From a virus, in UHGV virus genome UHGV-1464328: 33,516 bases of DNA; one strand, 5' to 3'. This document shows, piece by piece, positions 10,101 to 17,280 of this stretch (positions are counted from its first letter, which is position 1; every line of letters begins with the position of its first letter). The notes beneath the pieces were generated by a model, which ran no database searches, was not told the origin of the DNA, and worked only from the letters and a program-made list of their open reading frames with translations. The position numbers and the translations under genes were made by a program.

Positions 10101-11290
10101 ATAAAGCGTATGCTCAGAAGTTTGATAAAATGGAGAGTTCCATTGAGAATAACTCTTCTGAAATTGATAAGAGTAATGGCGAGATTAAAAAGAACACTGC
10201 TTCTATTTCTTCTTTACGTGAAACAGTAGCTACTAATGAAAAGAACACAGCAACTAGCATGGAACAACTAGAAGCTCGTGTAGGTGATAAAATCGCTAAT
10301 GTTTCTACTGAAGCTAAAGCTGAGATTGATAAAGTTACTAATCAAGTTAACTCTCAGTACGCAATGACTGTTGATGCTAATGGGGTTTATGCTGGTTTTA
10401 CTTTATTAGCGCAAGATGGTCCAGTTAAAGGTTCTAAAGCAATATTCGCAGCTGATAAGTTCATGATTGTTCCTACTGAACAAGACGCAGCGAAAGCTAA
10501 GCCAGTGTTTGCTGTAGATACAACTACCAGAACTGTCTATCTTGACAACGCTGTTATTAAAGATGCATCGATTGGTACTGCTAAAATTGCAGATGCTGCG
10601 ATTGATACAGCCAAAATTAAAGATGCTTCCATTACTAATGGAAAAATCACAGGGTTCATCCAATCAGATAACTATGTTCCTGGTTCTCAAGGTTGGAAAA
10701 TCAACAAGAACGGTGGTTCTGAATTTAGTAATGTTGTTGTTAGGGGTGAAGTACACGCTAATTCAGGTGTGTTTAACGGAACAGTTAACGCGCAGAATGG
10801 TGTGTTTAACGGAACAGTCAATGCTAATGGTGGTGTGTTTAACAACGTCAGAATTGAAAGAAACTGTACTGTTCTTGGAACTATCTACGCTGAGAATATT
10901 CAAGGCGATATCGTCACTATGACTGACCGTGTATCTAAAGCATGGCCACCTAGTGGTAATACAAGTTCTGGTACTCGTTATCCTATCGCAACTATTGACG
11001 GTATGCCATTTAACAGGGTTATGGTCTTTAGTGGTGATGTTTCTATTCAGCAAACATGGAGACAGAACGTTACTATTCGAGTTAATGAAGACGTTGTATG
11101 GACTTTTGACTCAGGTAACGATGGTAAAAACTTTAATACAAATATATTTTCATTCAGAGTTCCTGCTGCCCCTATGGGAACTAAGCAGTATATTACCATT
11201 CAATGGCCTAACCGTAGTGATAGCGGTAGGTTCGCGTTTACCGGTGTTGTTTCGTTGTACAAAACTTCAGGAAGCATAGCGTTAGCTTAA
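7112..11290 (+). CDS. Central tail fibre / tip attachment protein, lambda gpJ-like, 1392 aa. It has FN3-like repeats and a long alpha-helical repeat region.
   Basis: After a Gly/Ala-rich hydrophobic N-terminus, VIPVVYGQQRVGGINVWKAVG...IFAISEGQIGG matches the J N-terminal (LLSVIDAISEGPIEG) pattern. WxxSxxY-type FN3-like blocks. RBS AGGAG. Confidence 0.8.
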   Translation: MAVVAVGAIIAGAAAGAAAYAAGLTIAWSIGIGLATAAISGLMSYMAMSQTVPQYNTTDTATALGTTSDPKTVIPVVYGQQRVGGINVWKAVGKDTTYLVQIFAISEGQIGGFKSLYLDNKKIVLDGNYQSGILNEQAIHPDYRKFVEVELSVGAPKGHVFTLAQKYLGKDINNSGWPDSATGNNVASVCVVMRKRNKDLQNQADILQPNSQLTADINGLLIQDLNTGNREASRNGPSQLLDYATNTRYGLGIPLDKIDTESFKACADHSLRNNLYSDGSTDPNATFKENLTQMAAAFQGVIFESFGRMTCRIDGPDVVQFDFNEDNISAGSVTLNSGGSEGYYNTLNVSYQDPALDYSDQVLRYPSDTVNDGTIAKDKRIIAKDITYRFVKQKSQLDVIASIERNKSLLKNQIVFSTVDAYTVQAWDVIRVNFPELQLQDSLWRVFQVDRSLEKGAAGLITITAAEYDPKVYTDLDYAKDPNNSGSNIPNASVLIAPKNLQVTSVAETAIGRTFKVQWESEEDFNRAGFYVQYAVSGTDEWTQAGFTSGNYFMIMNMDITKKYDIRVCATGLVYRSEWVYQNNTNPAVSYQLPRVTGLRLVNSDAGTNITTATQFEFAWDDQSNQKFNVNGTTQTFDEVFQYYEVQITGTKTVSYRTKNINFTYDFRMNQLNGLSREITIKVIAVGYAGMKSEPVQITVKNNQHPAIQNFVARTGISLNSGMIFTQWKPSTVPDFEQTTVQIARDKEFTKEVRSFVSKDDVLNFELGENGEGTWYVKAAQNDVFGSDNVVWTSPTILDVKYEIPFTPDDIDTIEDMLGLKDKLKDTLDSANTHANNVSEQAKKDAEKYADDTVKRSEVKTKEYTDAEVKKSNDYTDAEIGKSNDRTDGAIKDSEARTQVKITAAREYTDTQVVEATKALNQKIEENTTEINGKIDGVETSINGKITTIEKNQTTFEKQTNQKFTSMESNFTTKIGESENRTNAKITGLTETVTTNDKAYAQKFDKMESSIENNSSEIDKSNGEIKKNTASISSLRETVATNEKNTATSMEQLEARVGDKIANVSTEAKAEIDKVTNQVNSQYAMTVDANGVYAGFTLLAQDGPVKGSKAIFAADKFMIVPTEQDAAKAKPVFAVDTTTRTVYLDNAVIKDASIGTAKIADAAIDTAKIKDASITNGKITGFIQSDNYVPGSQGWKINKNGGSEFSNVVVRGEVHANSGVFNGTVNAQNGVFNGTVNANGGVFNNVRIERNCTVLGTIYAENIQGDIVTMTDRVSKAWPPSGNTSSGTRYPIATIDGMPFNRVMVFSGDVSIQQTWRQNVTIRVNEDVVWTFDSGNDGKNFNTNIFSFRVPAAPMGTKQYITIQWPNRSDSGRFAFTGVVSLYKTSGSIALA
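10766..10851 (+). repeat. Tandem 33-bp repeat, about 2.6 copies, encoding GVFNGTVNAxN peptide units inside the J-like gene.
   Basis: ggtgtgtttaacggaacagttaacgcgcagaat / ggtgtgtttaacggaacagtcaatgctaatggt / ggtgtgtttaacaacgtc. Confidence 0.8.
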
Positions 11291-11329
11291 TTGACGAGCC
11301 AAGGACGGCTTTATTTCTGAGGCAAGACT

Positions 11330-11623
11330 ATGATAGGAGATATCACTGTATATCTTGCGATTGCTTCACTTGTGGGAGGATTAATAACATGGGGAATATC
11401 TGAGATAAGAAGAAAGTACTCTAATAAAGAAGACCTCGAAAGACGTATCACAGCTATCGAGTCGAAATTAGATATTAATAGTACTAACAGTAAGAATTAT
11501 CTTGAGCGTCTTAATGAAATTAAAGATGCATTAGTAGATATTCGTACAGAAATTCGGACTATTGAAGAAAGGACCCGTGGAAATGAAATTCAACTAGCAA
11601 GAATAGAAGGTCGTAATGATTAA
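11330..11623 (+). CDS. Membrane-anchored coiled-coil protein, 97 aa (N-terminal TM segment plus a heptad-rich C-terminus). Candidate i-spanin or holin-regulator type protein.
   Basis: YLAIASLVGGLITWGI looks like a TM segment, then EDLERRITAIESKL...LERLNEIKDALVDIRTEIRTIEER. Confidence 0.5.
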   Translation: MIGDITVYLAIASLVGGLITWGISEIRRKYSNKEDLERRITAIESKLDINSTNSKNYLERLNEIKDALVDIRTEIRTIEERTRGNEIQLARIEGRND

Positions 11624-12098
11624 AAGAAAAGACATTCCTGATTACAAACAAGAGTTATATAAAAGACAGAACAAACGATGTGCTCTAACTGGTGTTCTAA
11701 TTGAAGACGTTAATAAAGCACATCTTGACCATGACCATAAACTTGATGGACCCGGTGCAGGAAGATGCAGGGGTCTTCTGTTAGGTCAAGCGAATGTTCT
11801 TGAAGGGCGTATCAAGCATCAGTTTGAACGCTCTGGTCTTGCCGGGAAAATCGGCTATATAGATTTTCTTAAAAATCTTGTTTGTTATCTGGAGGCTGAT
11901 TATACAGCTAATCCTAGACACCCTCAGTTAATCCCAGACCTCATTAAACGGTTCAGCCGTATGAACCTTAATACAATGAGACAAAAGCTCTTAGAGTGTC
12001 ATCAGGAAGCTTCTGGGACAAAGCAAGAACTAACTCATAGGTATAAGAAATACCTAAGGTCAAAATATGAAAATAAACCTCAAGGAGTGTGCGTCTAA
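11616..12098 (+). CDS. Recombination endonuclease VII (T4 gp49-like Holliday-junction resolvase), 160 aa.
   Basis: HLDHDHKLDGPGAGRCRGLLLGQANVLEGRIKHQFERSGL matches T4 EndoVII HLDHDHELNGPKAGKVRGLL...KHKFNRSGL. Overlaps the previous gene by 8 nt. Confidence 0.85.
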   Translation: MIKRKDIPDYKQELYKRQNKRCALTGVLIEDVNKAHLDHDHKLDGPGAGRCRGLLLGQANVLEGRIKHQFERSGLAGKIGYIDFLKNLVCYLEADYTANPRHPQLIPDLIKRFSRMNLNTMRQKLLECHQEASGTKQELTHRYKKYLRSKYENKPQGVCV

Positions 12099-12252
12099 TA
12101 TCAAATCTGGAATGCTATTCGTTATAGCTGCTTCAGTAATCTATAACATGGTTATCGTTCCTTTACTTACCGCTTTCGGTGTTCCAGCACCAGTCATTCT
12201 TATTGATGAAGCAACTAAATTCCTCCTTACTCTTGGCACTATAGGTTTCTAA
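12067..12252 (+). CDS. Small two-TM membrane protein, 61 aa (holin-like topology; function unknown).
   Basis: Two hydrophobic segments, LFVIAASVIYNMVIVPLL and VPAPVILI...LLTLGTIGF. Overlaps the EndoVII 3' end in another frame. Confidence 0.4.
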   Translation: MKINLKECASNIKSGMLFVIAASVIYNMVIVPLLTAFGVPAPVILIDEATKFLLTLGTIGF

Positions 12253-12791
12253 TGGCTAAATTAAAATCAGTTAAAAATGACTTATCAAAATGGAAAATAA
12301 AGGAAATAGACGTATTCAGTAAGAAAGTAACTAAAGCATCTAAACTGGCATCTGTAGAACTTCAACGTAAAATCAACAGACGTGTTAAAGGTCCAGTTAA
12401 TTTTACTAAGAACGCAGTAGGTTTTAGCTTTAGATATGATAAGTACGGTTCAAAGAATAGGATATACATCAAAGATACTCAGGCTGATTATCTTAGTCAT
12501 TTGATTGATAATCCACGTCCCATTAATAAGTTTGTTCCAACAGGTGTTCAAGGTTCTAAGAACCAGTTCGGTAATATTCCTGGATTGAAAACCAAACGTA
12601 ATATGAAAGTGGTTAAACAGAAAAAGGACGGACAACAACGTACTATTCTGATCAAGACAAATGCAAGACGAAATAAACGATTAATCGCTGTGTTCAAACG
12701 AAATCAGTCAAGACGTAAAACGATAGGTAGTTGGGATAAGATTAGTCAAGATATTCTTAAGACAGTCAATAGAGTTGCGGGACTACGTTAA
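12252..12791 (+). CDS. Highly basic (Lys/Arg-rich) hypothetical protein, 179 aa. Possible nucleic-acid-binding or internal virion protein.
   Basis: Start overlaps the previous stop (TAATG). No recognisable family. Confidence 0.6.
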   Translation: MAKLKSVKNDLSKWKIKEIDVFSKKVTKASKLASVELQRKINRRVKGPVNFTKNAVGFSFRYDKYGSKNRIYIKDTQADYLSHLIDNPRPINKFVPTGVQGSKNQFGNIPGLKTKRNMKVVKQKKDGQQRTILIKTNARRNKRLIAVFKRNQSRRKTIGSWDKISQDILKTVNRVAGLR

Positions 12792-12800
12792 TAAATATCA
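12788..12800 (+). promoter_or_regulatory. Late-promoter-like motif TTAATAAATATCA, 21 nt upstream of the ATG at 12822.
   Basis: Family consensus, overlapping the upstream gene's stop codon. Confidence 0.5.
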
Positions 12801-12821
12801 GTATAATCTATAGGAGCTGAT

Positions 12822-13136
12822 ATGAACTTCCCTACATATTCTCAAGACGAACTTAAAAATATTACTATCAATGGAATTTGCCCAGAAAGTATGACACTTC
12901 TGTATGATTGCGCTGATATCAAAATTGAACGGTTTAAAAAGAACTTACTGAACGATAAAGACGTATTTGTTGTAAGTACACAAAAGAAAAAACCTTTGCA
13001 TCGCTTTAAAGAGTACCAAGAAGTCACGGTCAATAGCCAGTATCTCTTTGGCGATGTTGAGGCTTATTGTTTTGGCAAGACAGAATTTATCCATAAAGGA
13101 TTTAGGATGATTGCTTATTACTTTCAACTAAAATAA
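12822..13136 (+). CDS. Hypothetical protein, 104 aa.
   Basis: RBS TAGGAGCTGATATG. Ends at a bidirectional terminator. Confidence 0.6.
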   Translation: MNFPTYSQDELKNITINGICPESMTLLYDCADIKIERFKKNLLNDKDVFVVSTQKKKPLHRFKEYQEVTVNSQYLFGDVEAYCFGKTEFIHKGFRMIAYYFQLK

Positions 13137-13155
13137 AGGGACCGCAAGGTCCCTT
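13136..13155. terminator. Bidirectional terminator hairpin aagggacc-GCAA-ggtccctt between convergent genes. Also the left inverted-repeat boundary of the recombinase island.
   Basis: 8-bp stem, GNRA loop on + strand. T-rich on both sides (aaataaa / ttaatgttatttttt). Confidence 0.75.
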
Positions 13156-13159
13156 AATG

Positions 13160-13690
13160 TTATTTTTTCTCAAACATATTCAGTATTTCGTTATATACAT
13201 AATCATCTGATTTTAATAACTCAGGTACACTTCTGCGGTCTATGTGATTATCAGGATATCTATAGTATTCGCAAGGACAACCAGGTTCGCACTCATGCTC
13301 ACCAAGGAAATACTCTTTATCATAGACTTTCTTGCTTTCATCTATGAAAACATATTCAGTCATTGGCTTGGCAGAGGTTCCATCAAAATATTTCTTTTCT
13401 GAAATATCCATAGCGTTCCATTTTTCTGCGTTTTCTTTACTTATGTTAAACATTCTACGCACAGGATAATCATCGTATAGACCAAATCTGTAATTACCAG
13501 CTTCATCTAAGTAATAACGATGCGGGATGATTTCATTTTGATTTAAAGAAATCATTTCATCAAGTTCAGCTTTCCACTTAGGCATATTCTCAGTAGCCCA
13601 TTCAATCTCTAAAGTGTTCTTGTAGTAATTACAAGGACACGCAAGACCACATGAATGCTCACCCAGGTAGTATTCTTTTTCAGTTTTCAT
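13160..13690 (-). CDS. Cys-rich tandem-domain protein, 176 aa. Two copies of KEY(Y/F)LGEH-C-x3-C-P-C-xYY. Likely Zn-binding. Co-transcribed with the recombinase.
   Basis: N- and C-terminal 20-aa blocks are near-identical (EYYLGEHSCGLACPCNYY / EYFLGEHECEPGCPCEYY). Start overlaps the recombinase stop by 11 nt. Confidence 0.65.
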   Translation of the reverse strand: MKTEKEYYLGEHSCGLACPCNYYKNTLEIEWATENMPKWKAELDEMISLNQNEIIPHRYYLDEAGNYRFGLYDDYPVRRMFNISKENAEKWNAMDISEKKYFDGTSAKPMTEYVFIDESKKVYDKEYFLGEHECEPGCPCEYYRYPDNHIDRRSVPELLKSDDYVYNEILNMFEKK

Positions 13691-15197
13691 CAGAAGTTCC
13701 TTCTTTTAGTTTACGTAAATGCTCTTGTAGAGCTTTAGTATCTGCGTTTAACATTATCTTGCCGTTATTAACTATAAAGCTCTGATAATGCCCGTCAGTT
13801 TTTTCAATCTTAATCCTGATATTCTTAGGACCATTCAACTGAAAGATAGTTATTCTTTTAACTAACCGTTTTAGATATAGATTATACTGCTCGGCGTCTT
13901 TTATTGCAACCAATGTCTTGATATCAGCTGATTTTGGCGGTTGAACCTCTGGTTGCTCAAGAAGTTCTTGTAGTTCTTTCTCCAGCGTACTTATCGTTTT
14001 AAGTACAGAAACTGGAGGCATTTCCAATTCCAGAAGCATTTTGTTCAGTTGGTCTATCTTTTCACGCTTAGCTATTATCTGTTCATTCTTAATGTTCTTA
14101 ACTGAACGAGTTTTAATCTGTAGTTTATCAATAGCCTTTTCAAGAGGTATATGAAGGTCTCTAATAGCTTTGTTGTTCTTGCACCTGCCTTCAAATGAAC
14201 CGAAGCAATTAAAGTACTGGTACTCTTTAATTCCTTTTTTAGTTACTGATGTATTAACTTTCCTGCACAGAACAGCACCGCATTCACAATAAAGAACACC
14301 ACTGAATTTGTGTCTTGACGGTCGTCCTTTTGATACTCGTTTATCATCAAATTGAATTTGTGAAAATGTTTGATAATCAATCAGGGCAGGGTAGTAGTTT
14401 TCAATCAATGAAACAGGAATGTATTTTTCTTCAATAATCTGGTGTGTCTGATAAGCTCCGTAAAGAACTGGGCTTTTTAACAACCTCTTTACTGACATCT
14501 GGTACCATTGTTTTCCAGTTGGACCAGGAATGTTTTCTTCATTTAGTATGCGGGCAATCTTTCTAACGCCTTTTCCTTCAAGACGCATTTGAATAATTTT
14601 TCTCGCTAAATCAACACGTTTGTTGAACACGTACTTTTTGTTCTTCCTGTCATAATCAAGATAGAACACTGACTTACCGGGAAGGATTTCGCCATCAGCA
14701 GCTTTTTCACGGGCAATAGCCTTTGAAGCTTTAACAAGTTTTGATTTTCTTAATGACTCCTTGTGAGCTAAGTCAGCTGCTAGCGCAACTAATATCACTG
14801 AGCTTAAATCGTTCAAAGAGTCTTTGTTGAGGATATGTCCTTGAAGTGTTTTGGCATCTTCACCAACGAACGCGACCTTAACGTCGTACTGAAGGATTTT
14901 CTTCAGGATGTCTTGTGTATGGCTGATTCCTTTACGACTTAATCGGTCAATCGCCTCAATCAAGATATAACTGCCTGATGGGATATCACCAGTTTGAATG
15001 GCTTCAAGCATTTGCTCTAGCTCTGGGCGTCTGACGTTTTTGAACCCTGAGATGCCCAGGTCATGATAAGACTGATTGGACAGAGTTAGTCCATTTTGTG
15101 AACAGAACAGCTTAGAAGCATTTACCTGCCGTTCTAACGAAGTACCTGACGCTTGGTGCTTGGTACTGAACCTTACGTAACTGAATGCCAGTGTCAT
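13680..15197 (-). CDS. Large serine recombinase, 505 aa (resolvase catalytic domain, recombinase domain, Zn ribbon, coiled coil).
   Basis: N-terminal AFSYVRFSTKHQ is the YxRVSTxxQ catalytic-Ser motif. The recombinase core follows, then CECGAVLC...NCFGSFEGRCKNN, a Zn ribbon. Strong RBS GGAGG. Confidence 0.9.
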   Translation of the reverse strand: MTLAFSYVRFSTKHQASGTSLERQVNASKLFCSQNGLTLSNQSYHDLGISGFKNVRRPELEQMLEAIQTGDIPSGSYILIEAIDRLSRKGISHTQDILKKILQYDVKVAFVGEDAKTLQGHILNKDSLNDLSSVILVALAADLAHKESLRKSKLVKASKAIAREKAADGEILPGKSVFYLDYDRKNKKYVFNKRVDLARKIIQMRLEGKGVRKIARILNEENIPGPTGKQWYQMSVKRLLKSPVLYGAYQTHQIIEEKYIPVSLIENYYPALIDYQTFSQIQFDDKRVSKGRPSRHKFSGVLYCECGAVLCRKVNTSVTKKGIKEYQYFNCFGSFEGRCKNNKAIRDLHIPLEKAIDKLQIKTRSVKNIKNEQIIAKREKIDQLNKMLLELEMPPVSVLKTISTLEKELQELLEQPEVQPPKSADIKTLVAIKDAEQYNLYLKRLVKRITIFQLNGPKNIRIKIEKTDGHYQSFIVNNGKIMLNADTKALQEHLRKLKEGTSDEN

Positions 15198-15226
15198 TTC
15201 AACCTCCTGATACTGCTAAGTGGTTG

Positions 15227-15254
15227 ATTATAACAAGGTTATTGTTTTTGTAAA
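15227..15254 (-). promoter_or_regulatory. Sigma70-type promoter for the recombinase operon: -35 TTTACA, 16-nt spacer, extended -10 TGTTATAAT (on the minus strand).
   Basis: Reverse complement of 15227..15254. The -10 is a perfect TATAAT with a TGn extension, about 30 nt upstream of the ATG at 15197. Confidence 0.55.
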
Positions 15255-15354
15255 ATGATACTATTACCTGAAGAACAGTTTCATTTTGACAAAAAAATAT
15301 TTCAATCAATCTCAATAACTTAACGGCTTATGACTGTATGCCTGTACAGTTCTG

Positions 15355-15375
15355 GTGTACGCGTGTGCACACACG
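15355..15375. other. 21-nt perfectly alternating purine-pyrimidine tract (gtgtacgcgtgtgcacacacg), Z-DNA-prone. It contains the 10-bp palindrome GTGTGCACAC.
   Basis: Seen directly in the recombinase upstream intergenic region. Confidence 0.6.
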
Positions 15376-15424
15376 GATTATATTAAAACTCCGAGCAAAA
15401 CTTACTGTTTATCAAGGAGTTAAC

Positions 15425-15595
15425 ATGGAAAACCGCTTTGAAGATATTTTATTTGATACTGTGAACTCGATCGTTGAGCACACAAGGATAGGGCGTACTA
15501 AAGCTGTTACTAAGTTGTACAGAAACGGGAAGTTGGCAGCGGTGAGAACCATCACTGCGGAAGGTACTACATATGCTTTTAAAGGAGATAACTGA
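15425..15595 (+). CDS. Small hypothetical protein, 56 aa (MENRFEDILFD...).
   Basis: ATG has RBS AAGGAG. The track ORF from 15338 lacks an RBS. Its stop overlaps the next start (ATGA). Confidence 0.5.
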   Translation: MENRFEDILFDTVNSIVEHTRIGRTKAVTKLYRNGKLAAVRTITAEGTTYAFKGDN

Positions 15596-15981
15596 TGGAC
15601 CAGAAGTTCAAAGACGAGTTCTTGAAAGTAGGCATCACTGAACATCTACTGCCAGTGATTGAGCGGTTGTTTAGTCATACTGCGGGAAGGTTCTGTGAGA
15701 ATTTTGTTGAGCAAGAATGGGCTTCATTGGATTTTCCGGGATTAATCTATCATCCTCTGAATATCACCGGGTATTACGTAGTCAATCCCTGTAATCAATC
15801 AGATGCTATTCTGAACAACAGAGAGTTTGGAGCATTCGTCTCAATGATGACGATTAATAACCTCTGTTGGAAGTTCGAGAACACAGACTATTGCTCAAGC
15901 ATATGTGATTTGTACTATCAAACGAGGGAGTCATTCTATGATAACTTTAAAAACCCCTCATTATTCAGGCTTGTAGATTAA
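15595..15981 (+). CDS. Hypothetical protein, 128 aa. Translationally coupled to the 56-aa ORF.
   Basis: RBS GGAG. Ends at the 15986 terminator. Confidence 0.6.
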   Translation: MDQKFKDEFLKVGITEHLLPVIERLFSHTAGRFCENFVEQEWASLDFPGLIYHPLNITGYYVVNPCNQSDAILNNREFGAFVSMMTINNLCWKFENTDYCSSICDLYYQTRESFYDNFKNPSLFRLVD

Positions 15982-15985
15982 AGAT

Positions 15986-16009
15986 AAGGGACCTTGCGGT
16001 CCCTTTTTA
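15986..16009. terminator. Bidirectional terminator hairpin aagggacc-TTGC-ggtccctt plus ttttt. It is the inverted copy of the 13136 hairpin and the right boundary of the island.
   Basis: Same stem and flank (AAATAAA..GGGACCGCAAGGTCCCTTA) as 13131-13156, in reverse complement. Confidence 0.75.
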
Positions 16010-16666
16010 TTTGACTGACGTCCAACGTGCTTCACTATTCCACTTACCAATTCGAGCAAAGAAACTGTCATTTTCATTACCCGGATAAGCACGATGGACA
16101 CCATCTGATGCGTGATTACGAGCTGATTTTTCAAGTACAGCCCAGATACTATCTAAAGTTGCTTCTGTTTCGTTCTTACATTCTGCGTCATTATAATCAA
16201 GTTGAATGCTTAACTTATCAATGACTCCAGTAAAGATGTTAAAACTCGTCTGAACTGAACCATTGTTTGGGTTAATAAAACCAATATCAATTTTTACTTC
16301 AGAGTTATCAAGAGCTTTAGAACGAATAAGGCTGATATACTCAGTACGCACGTTTGATAGACGGACTGTCATACCAATGTTATTAATCTCTTTACTTTCT
16401 TGAATAGTACTAATGTCTGTAAAATCACCAGTAGCAAGATAAGTCTTTCCTTGATATTGAACATCAAAGTAAGCATCCGTAATGAGTAGTTCTTGATTAT
16501 CATGAGTTTTGATGCTTACGAAGTGGAACAAAGTACCAACAGAAAATAACTGGCTAAGACTTAGCGAAGTAACGCTAGTTCCATTAAAATCGTTATATGC
16601 ACTGATAAAATCAGGGTTCTTGCATAACTCATCAAATCTTTGTTTGATATTATTAATCTCAGACAT
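16007..16666 (-). CDS. Tail tip protein, lambda gpL-like (tentative), 219 aa.
   Basis: The block YQGKTYLATGDF...IGMTVRLSNV resembles lambda L QGRQYQPYPIQGSGFE...PTLTVSNLYG. Coupled (TAATG) to the upstream M-like gene. Confidence 0.45.
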   Translation of the reverse strand: MSEINNIKQRFDELCKNPDFISAYNDFNGTSVTSLSLSQLFSVGTLFHFVSIKTHDNQELLITDAYFDVQYQGKTYLATGDFTDISTIQESKEINNIGMTVRLSNVRTEYISLIRSKALDNSEVKIDIGFINPNNGSVQTSFNIFTGVIDKLSIQLDYNDAECKNETEATLDSIWAVLEKSARNHASDGVHRAYPGNENDSFFARIGKWNSEARWTSVK

Positions 16667-17226
16667 TAGATGTTCTCCGTTGCTGTGAATGATATTTTAC
16701 TAATGCTTTTCAAATCGTAAGGTATAGAGTCATTTGTCAGAATAAACTCACCGCGAGGGTTCTGATATTTAACAGTCTCACCATTCTGAACGTTCTTTAT
16801 TAAAGCAGGGAATAACTTCATTGGTTTTCCTGAAACAACATCTTCAGTTACAGTATAAAGTTTTTTATGATTTTCAAACTGTACGATAGTCCCGGTCTCT
16901 AATGTACCAGTGAAACCATTAACTACCACCTGACGAGCACCAGGTTGAAGTGTTTGAGTAGATTTAACAGAACCACGAGCTGTACCTGTGTATTGACCAG
17001 CATAGCTGATATTAAATTCAAAAGGACGTCCATACATATGCTTGGCAATAAAGTTCTGAACAATAGAAGTGTCATTTGACATATAGTTAGCGCTAAAGTC
17101 CAAACTATAGTACTGAACACCTGTGTATCTTCTTTGATATTTTCCTGATACTGCTCTGTTACCGAAGAACGGAGCGTTAGACGTTAGTTTAACGTCAGAT
17201 ATTTTAACGTTAGTGTTAGATAACAT
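16666..17226 (-). CDS. Minor tail protein, lambda gpM-like (tentative), 186 aa.
   Basis: FFGNRAVSGKYQRRYTGVQYYSLDFS...HMYGRPFEF follows the pattern of lambda M FGDGYSQRAPAGLNANLKTYSVTLS...HGGWKSFLW. RBS AAGAGG. Confidence 0.4.
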   Translation of the reverse strand: MLSNTNVKISDVKLTSNAPFFGNRAVSGKYQRRYTGVQYYSLDFSANYMSNDTSIVQNFIAKHMYGRPFEFNISYAGQYTGTARGSVKSTQTLQPGARQVVVNGFTGTLETGTIVQFENHKKLYTVTEDVVSGKPMKLFPALIKNVQNGETVKYQNPRGEFILTNDSIPYDLKSISKISFTATENI

Positions 17227-17230
17227 AAGA

Positions 17231-17280
17231 GCCTCTTATTAAATACGTATACAAATCTATTTAATAAGAAAATAAGAGGC
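17231..17280. promoter_or_regulatory. Compact bidirectional control palindrome. Mirrored RBSs (AATAAGAGGC on each strand) flank divergent late-like motifs: CTTATTAAATAC (+, 17236-17246) and CTTATTAAATAG (-, 17257-17267).
   Basis: gcctcttattaaatacgtatacaaatctatttaataagaaaataagaggc lies between the minus ATG at 17226 and the plus ATG at 17284. Confidence 0.5.

Noticed and set aside
7407-11279. Alternative-frame or antisense ORFs inside the J-like gene (7407..7616, 8925..9119, 9451..9705-, 9626..9970-, 10406..10663-, 10542..10922, 10763..11053-, 10929..11279).
   Set aside because: Embedded in a continuous 1392-aa ORF with domain-level support. No start signals.
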